DNA from: Lingula anatina
Taxonomy: Eukaryota; Animalia; Brachiopoda
Reading direction: 5' to 3'
Length of the DNA: 64,000 bases
NCBI GenBank assembly: GCA_051362555.1
Contig: CM120643.1
Span: 1,116,001 to 1,180,000 of the forward strand
Position numbers and translations under genes: made by a program
The notes under the pieces: generated by a model
Told to the model about the DNA's origin: nothing
Database searches by the model: none
Seen by the model: the letters and a program-made list of their open reading frames with translations, nothing else
In this document: in pieces, positions 52,187-64,000 of the stretch
Position numbering within the stretch: the first letter of the stretch is position 1
How the letters are laid out: every line of letters starts with the position of its first letter

Positions 52187-53830
52187 TTGCTGCCACACCT
52201 ACAGGTTACAGCTGGTTTAATGTTAGATCAACTTGGCAACAAAAAAATTCATGATAAAGAAATGAAATTTTTAAAATTATTAAATCTGTCTTTTATTGCA
52301 TGTGTATTTCAAAACGTTTTCCTATACCCTGAAGCCTTAACCATACTTAACACATTAGAATTGTTGGATAAAAGAGATTTGCCATCTGAACAAATTGGCC
52401 TTATTATCTATGACAACATTGGTAAAGTGCTTGAGAGGATGGGAAAGTACAAAGAAGCACTGAAATATAGTGAGAAATATCTTGAAATCCTGAAAAAAAG
52501 AATTGATGAGAAACACCCCGTTATTGCAAATGCGTATGTTGATATCGGCAGTTTACTGCTTGAGGTCGGTAAGTACGCAGAGGCTCTTACATATTACGAG
52601 AAATCTCTTGTAATCCGGAGAGAAATCCTCGGTGAAAAACACCTCGATACTGCTGGGACATACCACAATATTGGCGATACACTATGTGCTATGGGTAGGT
52701 ATGCAGAGGCACTTCGATGTTATGAAAAATGTCTTAAACTCAAGGAAGAAACCCTTGGAGAGAAACACCCTGATACTGCTGAGACATACCAAAATATTGG
52801 CGTTGTATTTTATCACCTGGGTAAGTACGCAGAGTCACTTACATATAATGAGAAATCCCTTGAAATCGCTAAAGAAGTCCTTAGTGAGAAACACCCTTAT
52901 ACTGGTAAGCTATATCTGGGTATTGGCAATGCACTATGTGGCATGGGTAAGTACGCAGAGGCACTCACATATTATAAGAAATCTCTTCAAGTCCAAAAAG
53001 AAATACTTGGTGAGAAACACCCTCATACTGCTATGACATACCAGAACATTGGCTCTTTACTATCTATCATGGGTAGGAATTCAGAGGCACTTACATATTA
53101 TGAGAAATCTCTTAAAATCATGAAAGAAATGCTTGGAGATAAACACCCTGATACTGCTGCGACATACAAAAACATTGGCAATGCACTATGTCGCATGGGT
53201 AAGTGTGCAGAGGCAATTTCATATTATGAGAAATCTCTTGAAATCGAGAAAGAAATGCTTGGAGATAAACACTCTGATACTGCTGCGACATACACAAACA
53301 TTGGCGCTGCACTATATGGCATGGGTAAGTGTGCAGAGGCAATTTCATATTATGAGAAATCTCTTGAAATCGAGAAAGAAATGCTTGGAGATAAACACTC
53401 TGATACTGCTGCGACATACACAAACATTGGCGCTGCACTATGTGACATGGGTAAGTGTGCAGAGGCAATTTCATATTATGAGAAATCTCTTGAAATCAAG
53501 AAAGAAACACTTGGTGAGAAACACCCTGATATTGCTGCGACTTACCATAATATTGGTAATGCACTCTGTTATATTTGCAAGTACGCAGAGGCACTTCCAT
53601 ATTATGAGAAATCTCTTGAAGTCTTTAGAGAGCATTTTGGTCCCATGCATTCCAAAACGAGGCGTGCTGATAGTTCAGTGCGTAATGTAAAAAGACGCGT
53701 ATTACACATGGTAATCATGAATATGTGCAAATACATTGCCACTGAATTAATTGTCAAAGGGAAATATGGTCAGGCTGTTCGAATCTTAAGTTTTATTGGT
53801 TGGGATTTCAGGCTCTTTTACAAATTTTAG
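52187..53830 (+). CDS. Second coding exon, part 2: ~10 42-aa (kinesin-light-chain-type) TPR repeats, joined to the NB-ARC part across a frameshift at an A8 run
   Basis: Repeats HPDTAxTYxNIGxxLxxMGKYAEALxYYEKSLEIxKExLGEK. Deleting one A from 52179-52186 gives TYEKAKKLLPHLQV in one frame. Confidence 0.9.
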   Translation: MLPHLQVTAGLMLDQLGNKKIHDKEMKFLKLLNLSFIACVFQNVFLYPEALTILNTLELLDKRDLPSEQIGLIIYDNIGKVLERMGKYKEALKYSEKYLEILKKRIDEKHPVIANAYVDIGSLLLEVGKYAEALTYYEKSLVIRREILGEKHLDTAGTYHNIGDTLCAMGRYAEALRCYEKCLKLKEETLGEKHPDTAETYQNIGVVFYHLGKYAESLTYNEKSLEIAKEVLSEKHPYTGKLYLGIGNALCGMGKYAEALTYYKKSLQVQKEILGEKHPHTAMTYQNIGSLLSIMGRNSEALTYYEKSLKIMKEMLGDKHPDTAATYKNIGNALCRMGKCAEAISYYEKSLEIEKEMLGDKHSDTAATYTNIGAALYGMGKCAEAISYYEKSLEIEKEMLGDKHSDTAATYTNIGAALCDMGKCAEAISYYEKSLEIKKETLGEKHPDIAATYHNIGNALCYICKYAEALPYYEKSLEVFREHFGPMHSKTRRADSSVRNVKRRVLHMVIMNMCKYIATELIVKGKYGQAVRILSFIGWDFRLFYKF

Positions 53831-54418
53831 ACATATGGAAGATCCAACATTTTTCCACATGAATGGTGCCAATGTTTTATACTGTTGCAGGGGCATTCAC
53901 CATAAAATGGGATGATATGATAGATGACAGATGATTTAAATCAATGTTTGCCATGCTTGAGTCATTTTTATTGATTTGTATCGGCTACTCCTGTCCAACG
54001 TTTTGAGCCTTGTCATTATACTCTAACCCTTATTTGTATTATTCTAAGATTTCTAAGTATCATGTCTAAACACAAATTGGGACAAAATCTTGCAGCTTTC
54101 CTTGGGTTTTCATCACTGGATCACTGGTCAGTAAGATTTTCACCAAACATAATGAGTTCTGTCTGGAAACATTAGTCCAGCCAAACAATAGAACTGAGTC
54201 AATTGCAATAGTCAAAAAAGTCTTTTTTTGGCACGTGTTTATCATGTGATGTCTCCCCAAGACTTGCATTACAGGTAACTCTCCAGTTCAAACCCGTAGT
54301 GTATTCATGTATCTATATAATGCGATTTTTCCACAGAATTTGCCAGGATTTCCAGTCTACAGGCGTACTGACCTACTCTAACCTTCACATATACATGTAC
54401 AACATGTACATGTAATAC

Positions 54419-54646
54419 TGGACAACAGAAGCGTCACCCCTACTGAACCAATACTTTGGGGGGGGGGGGAGATAAATGAATGTGGAGAGATATGCTCCTG
54501 GTATCATTTTATTAACATCAAATTTCACACACATTCAAAAAAAAACATGCAATTCCATGGTACAGCGGTTTTATACTCATTAGTCTAGTAGACCAGGCAT
54601 TATAACTTTGTTACTCTGATTCAGGGGGTGACACTTCTATTGTCCA
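54419..54646. mobile_element. MITE-like element with ~22-bp inverted repeats
   Basis: TGGACAACAGAAGCGTCACCCC (54419-54440) versus GGGGTGACACTTCTATTGTCCA (54625-54646), with two mismatches. Confidence 0.55.
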
Positions 54647-56545
54647 TCGTGTGTAGTTAGGACTTCACAGGAATCGATCCAATTACTAAGGCAAAGCCAG
54701 AGTTTCACATTCATCCTCAATTGTGCTGGAGATTTGCTTTTTTGTTTCAAAGATACTAAATTTAAACGCTCCAAAAACAAGTTTGTATTTATGGTTGGCG
54801 GTTATAAGTGTGTTGAAATAACTAACGTAGTAGCAGTCAAGTTCTTATATGTTAGACAAAGCAGATAATAAGTACATGTTTCAACTTTCAATTCATTAAT
54901 AAAATTGAAATACACGTATTAAACATTTAGCAAATGTACAGTCACCTAGACATAAGTTCACCAGATCTAGCTTGGGCGCATATTATTTTCAAATTCCACG
55001 TCGATGGCAGATACAGATTAGTGGCCCTTGGAATTTCTCTTCTCCCTCCGAGGGAAAATATCGAAGTCACAATCAGTCACTTACAACACTGGGAGAACTA
55101 ACGGACCCTCCACCCAAGCACTGTAAAATCCCCAGATTTTGTTTTTTCAAATCAATATATTCACTTCAATGATGACTTTATGGGTCCCCTAACTGCTACA
55201 ATATCCTGAATCTGCAAGCGACCGTGGTTTTATATCCTAGTGTATTTATCAAGTTTTAAAGTTGAACATTTTTTTTCATTGTTTGTTTTTGATAAACATG
55301 CTTCTTTTCGTTTGTCAATAGCTTTAAATTGATTAACTTAATTTATCGACCAATATTTGGTCTGCTGGCTGGTAAATTAAGTTAATTTTTCTGTAGCTAT
55401 TGACAAATGAAACTGTATTTGTTTATTAAGTTTTAATGTTATCCAACATTACTCATTCTGATAAATACCCTTTATCAGGCATCATTCAACAGCCGATTTG
55501 CTTTGTTCACTTGTGTTATTGTAATGTCAGATGTGTGATGAATATCAAGTATATAGAGTCAAAGTCGGGATGCTGATTTAGATGTTTTTTCATACCTTGT
55601 ACTTAGACTTACCGAGACAGTGGTCATACATGCAGTGACACTGTAACTCGGTGAAAACCGTTTGAAATTACTTGTATATACTTTGTAAAAGTTGTTACTA
55701 TATCTTTACACAAAATGAATGCTAAGATGTTGTGGAAGCAAAAATCACGTGAAAACTACATGTAATCATTGCTGTTGATATTTACAGATGATAAAATGCA
55801 CTGGTAAATGAACCCTAGTATGATAAATGTACACTAGTATTACAATATACATATGTGGTAATGGCAAATCAGCCGAAGTCTCCTTTTCACGTTTTCTCTC
55901 CCATACTGCAACGTCAATAATACCTTAGGGCAGTTGGATTGAGTCAGTAGTTTGAATTTGAATTTAACTATTAAAAGTATATGTTGAATGCATTTTTAGC
56001 CTTAGGCTATTTCCGTAAAGCTTCGGCATGTGTGACAGGTATCATATATTGTCAATAACCAGGGGTGGATTGAGGGTTATTTTCTGACAGCTTTTCGATT
56101 TATCTTTGTTGATCCATCCTGCAATTTTGACCGTATTACGACAGAAAAAAAAGATACTTGTCAGTGTACACTTGAAAATTAACCAAGCCTCAGTCCGCCC
56201 CTGATGGCACTATTCAAGATATCAGTATTTGCTGTGCCAATGAAAAAGCCCTTGGTTGCCAAAACACGGCAGAGTGAGTTCGATTCCCACTCTTTTTTAA
56301 TCATTGTTATGGTTAAGTGATTAATATGACGGTATCAGCTAGTGTAGTTCTTATTTTATTATGATAAAGTATACTATGATGTGATATCACATGACATCAT
56401 ACATAAATTGTGTACTAGTACATAAATATTACAAATGTAAACGAAGTAAACTTCGTATCATTGTCGACAAGTTTGTCATTTTTGTTGATTAAATATTATT
56501 ATTTCTCCTGCGGTTTTATGTTGTATGGAAGTTCTGAGATTAAAA

Positions 56546-56763
56546 AAATAATAACGTGCTAGCACAAAAAGCCACACATAAAAGTCACACCTAATTATTT
56601 CTCGAACTAAGATTAAATGAAAGTCATTTAATCTCTGAAATGTTTCATAAGAAAATGTGTTCTGAAAATAACGTTCTAGCACAAAAGCCACACATAAAAG
56701 TCACACTTAATTATTTTTCGAACTAAGATTTAATGAAAGTCATTTAGTCTATGAAATGTTTCA
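56546..56763. repeat. ~118-bp tandem duplication
   Basis: ATAACGT.CTAGCACAAAAGCCACACATAAAAGTCACAC...GAAATGTTTCA occurs twice. Confidence 0.85.
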
Positions 56764-57589
56764 CCTTTTAAAATTCTTACAGGACTGGTCAACAGCCAAC
56801 ACAGCATCGTGCAATAAACTGAATATTGGAGTGTGTTAATTAAGAACTTGTACATGAGTTTAATAAAACTACGCATTTTTATTTCATTTAGTGAAATTAA
56901 TTTAAACGGGGTGCTGTAAAAATACACTCATACGCAAACGCATTGATTAAGAAATGACAACACACCCCTTGCACCCCATATTGATCGTAAATTTACCCTG
57001 TTTTAATTAACAAGCACGCAGGTTACCCATGTGCCTCTGTTGGGTACCTATATACACTAGGTGTTTGTTGTTGACGTGGGACCCGCAACAGAGCACAATT
57101 ATTAAAGTCTCATCGGCGCTCCCTGCAGTTTATAAATGAATTAGAACTATTTCCTGATCACATGCAGCTGATAGGTGCCTTCAGTTAATTCATGGTTGAT
57201 TTACCGACCTCATTTAAGCTCACATAACATTAAAGATAAAAGCGGGTCAACTAAATTGACAGAGGTCACTGACAAATGTCTAGGGTCATGTACGTCAGTG
57301 TGCGCTATGTATGCAGACTGAGTTAACATGTTATCAGAGAAAAAATGGAGTTCAGATTTTCAATTTTAGGCATAGGTTAATCAAGCGAAATTCAATTCAA
57401 TCGAGAAAAAATTTGATGTTAATTGTGAAAGTCCAAGCTGGTAAAATGTAAAAAAAGAAGAACGAGTATGTACGGTTGCAACTCTCAATCAACAGAAGAG
57501 CGAGTCTGATGAACTGTGATTAAAACCGTGTTTAATAATCATTTGTCATTTTGTATTAATCGATATCTCAATAGAGAGAAATAGAGCAA

Positions 57590-57733
57590 ACGACGTTCTT
57601 GTTGCCTGGCAATGGCTAGGTTAGTCCAGTGTGACGTCACCGACGTATTCAAAGGACCAAAACCAAGCATCTCGTTCATTTCTTAATGTCAACAACTCCT
57701 ATGTATAACCCAGGTATGGTTCAGTGTTGGCAT

Positions 57734-57784
<51 letters not shown>

Positions 57785-60700
57785 TTTTAAAATAAAAATC
57801 GTTTTGTTATAAATGCTAGTAGAAAATTTCTGACATGTACAGGGTTACTACTTAATATGGAATATTTTTTATCATTGTTATTTTTGAGTGCTGATTCATC
57901 AAAAAAGTATGTCACTGAGTGATAAAAATATCCAGTCTTCTTTTGTGAGATATTTTGGTCAATAATATCAAACCTGACATAAGATGTCATTCGAAAGAAA
58001 AGAACACCCCCTGAAAACCATATCAACAGTTTGGTGTCAGTATTAATTTTAAGCTAAGATATTAAAGAAAATGATAGCCTAAGGACAGTGGTATGTTACA
58101 CAGTCATTACAGTAAATCATGAAAAGTCATCAATAGCTGGTATGACCTCCAGTAGCCACTTGCACCGCCCTCATCCTACATGACATACCCTATGGCAAGA
58201 TTTTTTTAGAGTTTGGATGGAGATATCATTCCACGCAGTGATATTTGCCTGTCGCAGTTCATCAATATTTACCGGTCGATGACCATAGCTTTTAATTCTC
58301 TGAGTTACTTCCCCCCACAGATTTTCAATTGGGTTCATACCTGGGGAGTTTGCAGGCCAGGGCAGTTGCTGAACCCATTGGTTTCGAAGAAAAACGGTGA
58401 TTCTGCGACCTCGATGTGGGGTTGCGCAGTCGTCTTGGTACACAAAGTTGTTCCTGAAGATGACACTTACAAATCAAAACATTGTTTGCGGTAGAATGTC
58501 TCTGTAGGAACCCTGGCTGAGGTTACCTCCTAGAAAAAACCAACTGGTTCTGGGCACCTGCATGAAATGTTCCACAAACACCACCCCCGTTACCACCCCC
58601 TGCTTGCACCCTAGGCATAGCACGAAAATTCAGACAGTACATATCAGAATCGTCAATAGGAGTGCTAACGCATGAATTTTCGTGCTACCTAGGCAGTACA
58701 AAATCATCGTTTTGTGCCTCTCGTACACGTCGGCGGACACGGATTCGACCGTCAACTCCATATCTCGTCTTATCACCGAAAACGACGTGTCCCCACCCTA
58801 TTGCAGACCTGGCTGTATATGACCTGCTGTTAACAGTGCTTTCCCGACGGGTCTTCGTGCAAAATAGCTGGCTTTCAGTAATCTCTTGCTCACGAGGGAC
58901 CTTAAAACGGGCGTTTGAATTACATTCTGCCACTCTTTTCTGAGGACACTGGTTGTCTTTGTACGACCAGCACGGTGCACTCTAAGGATTAGGCAAAAAA
59001 AATTACATGCATTTTAACGTACCAATACTCTATCCCAGTTTAATTTAATATCCATTCATAATTTCATTGTTTATGATAATATAATAATAATAATCTCCTT
59101 ATATGGCGCCTTACGTTCTACCTCAAGGCGCCTTACAATCATGAATTATATAACTAATATCATTAAAATGACTGCAATATTTAAATCTAAAACGCTCATT
59201 GGAAACCATTTAAAATGAACACTACTAAAACATTATTAAAATATGAAAAAACATCTAAGATTTATAGACTAGTGAAACGACGACATCGCAGCGCATAAGG
59301 TCTTATAAATTATACAAGTTCGGATATACTGCGTACAAAAAATTAATATCAACCCTCAGTTAATTATAAAGAGCCCATAACGCGACCCCATTTCAATCTC
59401 ACTTGGTATTAAAGATAAGAACGCACCAACTGCCTCTATTGAGGTCAGAGAACCTCACATGTAAATGTGCATGCACGTACAAAAGAGACATCAGCAATGC
59501 ACTAACCATTTTCAAATTTTAAGACATAAAATAAATAAAGTAACGTTTGAACACAATAAATCCCACTTTCTTAAAAAAATACAAAATCTATAAATTAAAT
59601 TATCGTATAAAATAAACAAATGAGGATATCATAAACCACGTGACAGTGTGCTTGTTGCACCACTTTGAACACAGAGAGGATCAAACAGCCAACTCTGATT
59701 ACCATGGCGCCATTTTATCTAGCGATTTTCAACTGACAAGACACGCACAGGTACTGTACATATTTTCTAATTCAGCATACAATGTATCTTCTATAATTAT
59801 TTGTTTAGAGGCTGTTGTAAAATTATTATTAACGAGACGATGATATTTTAAAGAGGGTATTCAGCACGCCATGCATACATGAAGGTCTTTGATCTGAAGA
59901 AGCTAACCCTGTAAAGATTCCTCCCGCCTCTGTCACGTCTCCCCACACGTCGTCCCTGCAGGGACACAGTGATTTAATTTCGGTTCAGATCAAACGGTCG
60001 TGGGACGATGGTCAACGCGGCCCAAGTTGATCTGTGGAATGTCCGACATGCGGATCAAATATATTAAAAAGAGAATGAGATATTTTATAGCTCTGACCCT
60101 GCTGTAACAGCCTGCGTGGTAGGCAGCGATAACACACCAAGTTTTCAAGTGGGAGGCGCCATATTTGATCCATAACTCAATTCGCCAATCAACTCGGTTA
60201 TGAACAGAGCCCTCGTATGTCCTTTAAATATTCCTCTTTCAATTAGCGTTGAATTATCGACATCTGCATGTTAGTATATTCTTCATACTTCTCCACTTTG
60301 TGTTCAGCAGTTATTGGTATATTGCTTTATTACTATATTTATGATTTTTATTATATAAATCAATAAATGTGGGTCCACGTTTTGGTACCAATTCTCTAAG
60401 AATTTCTCAATGACTGAAAAGTACCAGAACCATACTGGGGTATGTCAATGCACCAGTAAGGACCTGCAAAAATTGTTTTTAAATATTTAATGTTTTCCCA
60501 CAGTAAATAGCAACTCTTGATAAAGATATAGACAGCCTCATATAGCTGATTAACCAACCTCATTTTCAGCTCACTTTAAAGATAAGAACGCGCCAACTGA
60601 CCTTACTGTAGTCACAGGCCCTCATAAACAAGAAATCCATCAACAATGCACTCAAAGGACCTTGTAATATAGCTTCATTTCATTAAGATATAAAAATATT

Positions 60701-63700
60701 ATTTACAGTTCATTCTATCGTTAATAAAATTGTATCCGTATAATAAATCACGCCACAATGTGCTTAACATGGTACACATAAAAAGGTAGTGGGATAAGAC
60801 CGTTACTGACCAACACGGTGCATCTCAAAACTCCTGTGACAAGAAACGTGCGTGTGTTTAGCGTTGTTCGCTTGGTTTAAATTCACAGGTACATGTAGAG
60901 TCTGTCTATCTAAAGACGCCAGTTAAATAACCGTGCCAGTTCTTGTTTGCGCGATATTGGTGTTAAACACAAGGAACATAAGTCAATATGCGTGGGCCGG
61001 TAAAATACGTTTATGTCGACTCATTTATTCATGTATCCCCACTTTAAATGCGTGAAATCAATTTTCTAGCGTATTTACACTTTTGCCCGCTTTTATCAAT
61101 AACTTAAACATTTTCTATGTTACGGTTTATCTGCAACACGGTTATGGTAAAGCTTTACAATAGTAAAGGCTATTGTAAAGCGTTTTTAAAATAATTTTGT
61201 ATGCTTTTCTCGGACTATACAGTTTTTACGCACATTGGGAGAAGAATGTTCCATTCATTTGTGCCAAGATCTGCCATTACACGGTATTAGCAATAACTCA
61301 GCGGATGATCTTAAATTACGTTTAGGAGCAAATTAATTGATTGGTTTCAGTACGTAAGAAGGGGATGATTGACATAAAATTGTGTGCATAAAAGTAAAAA
61401 TTCTGAATAAGGGATGTGTGATCTAACAGGGAACCAGTGCAACTGTTTTAAAACCCGTGTTATATGATTTTACCTAGGTGTGCTGGTTAGAGGGTGCCCT
61501 GACCTATTCTGAATACACTGCATTTTTTCCTTAAAATTCCATTTTACCAACAAGACGGCACTTATCGAAATTATTCTGGGATCTGTGTTCGCCTATCGTA
61601 TCATGTGACTTTCAAAGAGGGCTAGCTTCTGTTATCTTCTCTTATGGGATTTTTTTTCTTTTCAAAATATAAATGATTTTGTTTTTATATAATAAAATGT
61701 AAGTAGAAATTTTTGAAATATATCTTTTTGACAATTCGTTAATTTAATTATAAAAAACATTTAGGCACATTTAGTTATATATATATAGAACACACGACGT
61801 TCTTGTTGCCTGGCAATAACTAGGTTAATCCAGCGTGACGTCATTATCAAGAGGATCAAAACCAAGCCTCTTGTTCATTTCTTAATGTCAGTAATTCCTA
61901 CGTATAACATTTATAAATAAAAAACACATGAAGCTTGGGGTGGGGCAATCTTTTTGACCAATGTTCTACAGGGATATTGTTTGGGACTCGGACTTTAATA
62001 AGCAAAAATGGTTCTAACTTATGGAATTCTAAAAGTTGCAGTACGCGACCCCCAGGGCCAGGTTTAAAAATTACATGAATTTTAACATACCAATACTCTA
62101 TCCCAGTTTAATTTAATTTCCGTTCATAATAGCATTTCATTAAGAAATGTACATTTTATCTTTTTAAAATCTGTCATAAACATAACAAATATACATGTAG
62201 TATATAGACTGCCAAGGGTCATCAGAGCATAATATATCAGTAATTTCAACAGCTAATTTTTAAGTGACAATAACACTACAATGCGTGTTTTCTATATACA
62301 TTTTCATCTTCGGTATTTCTGTTACTTATTTTGTTAGCAGCTAAATGGTACATATTCAACTAGGACTAGTGAAATGACTCCAACACAGCATACAAGGTCT
62401 TACATATTTGAATATATAGAAAGGACAAATACTCTGTCTACACAAAGTTGATATCAACTCTCTGTCAGTTTTAAACAGCCCCCCCCCCCCCCCCAAAGAA
62501 AAAGCGACCTCATTTTAATCTCACTTGGTATTAAAGATAAGAGCGCACCAACCGACTTTACTGAGGTCAAATAATCTCACATACACATGCAAGAGTGACA
62601 TCAACAACACACTGACCATTTCCAAAATTTAAGACAAAATAAGAGAAGTAACATTTGAACACAATGTACCCTACTTTCTTTAAAAAACATTTTAAAAATC
62701 TATAAAACTTGATTATCGTATAAAATAAACACATTTACGTATCATAAATCACGTGACAACGTGCTTGTTGCACCGCTTTGAACACAGAGAAGATAAGAAA
62801 GTCACTGATCAACACTCCGCCATTTTATCTAACGGATTTCATCTGGCAGGAAACGCACAGGTACTTTATATATTTTCTAATTCAGCATGCATTGTATTTG
62901 CTATAATAATGTGTTTGGGTTTTGTTTTTTTTTCAACAGTTATTAAAGTACTGTGATATTTTGAAGTGTATATTCAGCATATCATGCATACCTGTAGGTC
63001 TTTGATCTGAAGAAGCTAATCCTGTAATGGCAATCTTCACAATTACCGGTTGTGCGAATCCAACACACCCCATCTTATTTGGTAGCCTTACATTCTTTGA
63101 GTTTGTTCAGAAACAAGGTAAATCGTCCGCGAATGAAATATTGCGAACACTTGTATATCAGAATGGATTCCCACCGTCCATGCGCACCGTCTCAGTGGGA
63201 CAGAGCGAATAATTCTTGGCACGCTTTCAGATGGGCACGTCGTATTTAATACGAAGACAAGTTAGTTTGCAGATCAACTGGTTGTGAACGAGGCCCAAGT
63301 TGATATGTGGAGTATTTGATATGAGGATCAAATATATTAGAAAGAGAATGAAATATTTTTATAGCTCTGACCCTGCTGTAACAGCCTGCGTGGTAGGCAG
63401 CGATAACACACCAAGTTTTCAAGTGGGTGGCGCCATATTTGATCCGTAACTCAATTCGCCAATCAACTCGGTTATAAACAGAGGCCTTGTATGTCCTTTT
63501 AATATTCCTCTTTCAGTAAGCGTTGAATTATCGACATCTGCATGTTAGTATATTCTTCATACTTCTCCACTTTGAGTTCAGCAGTTACTGTTATATTGCT
63601 TTATTATTATATTTACTATTTTTTAATCATATAATTCAATAAATGTGGGTCGACATTTTGGTACCAATTCTCTAGGAAAGCATACTGGGTATGTCCATGC

Positions 63701-64000
63701 ATCAGTCAGGATCTTCAACAATGATATTAAAGTATTTCATGTTTTCACACAGTACATAGCAACCATTGATAAAGATATAGACAACTACATACAGCTGATA
63801 AACCAACCTCATTTTAAGCTCACTTGACATTAAATATTAGAACGCGCCAACTGACCTTACTGTAGTCACGGACACACATAAGTAAGAAAGCCATCAACAA
63901 CGCACTCATTTTTTCACAGTTCGAAACGGATAGAAGACCTCTTCATATAGTTTTATTTCATTAAGATATAAAAAATAGTATTTAAATTTCATTCGGTCAT
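57590..64000. repeat. Diverged tandem segmental duplication (copy 1 ~57590-60760, copy 2 ~61795 to window end)
   Basis: Colinear anchors at 57591/61796, 59001/62070, 59637/62750, 60088/63361 and 60543/63792. The ORFs 59640-59843 and 62753-62956 are similar. The Tc1 relic is present in copy 1 only. Confidence 0.85.
58171..58980 (-). pseudogene. Tc1-family transposase remnant
   Basis: WGHVVFGDKTRY..DGRIRVRRR, YQDDCATPH and WPANSPGMNPIENLW; multiple frameshifts. Confidence 0.85.

Noticed and set aside
52632-53690. Alternative-frame repeat ORFs over the TPR region
   Set aside because: They are shadow frames of the 126-bp coding repeats.
59640-59843. Conserved small-protein pair with 62753-62956
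   Set aside because: The similarity is explained by the segmental duplication. The starts are non-ATG and the C-termini diverge.

Overview
This is AT-rich, intron-containing animal DNA, probably from an invertebrate, and not prokaryotic. Its centre is a + strand gene for a HEPN–STAND(NB-ARC)–TPR protein, resembling an NLR immune receptor. A DZIP3-type HEPN RNase exon (28454-29033) splices in phase across a ~22-kb intron to an NB-ARC + 42-aa-TPR exon (51077-53830), which carries one frameshift in an A8 run. The intron is almost entirely mobile DNA. It holds (i) a 12.1-kb capsid-less Polinton/Maverick derivative (1.19-kb TIRs, AAACTC TSD, intact ZnF-pPolB, a BIR/IAP gene, decayed integrase); (ii) an internally deleted BEL/Pao LTR retrotransposon (GAGTG TSD, 64-bp arrays in the LTRs); and (iii) a 5'-inverted Penelope element with a minimal hammerhead-like motif, itself interrupted by a LINE fragment. 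Upstream are a micro-exon BEN-domain gene, a ~53-bp minisatellite, and Gypsy, LINE and RTE relics. Downstream are a Tc1 relic and an old tandem segmental duplication. A ~60-bp E-box/GATA module recurs about 11 times on both sides of the receptor gene. Domain calls come from motif recognition by eye; no database search was run.
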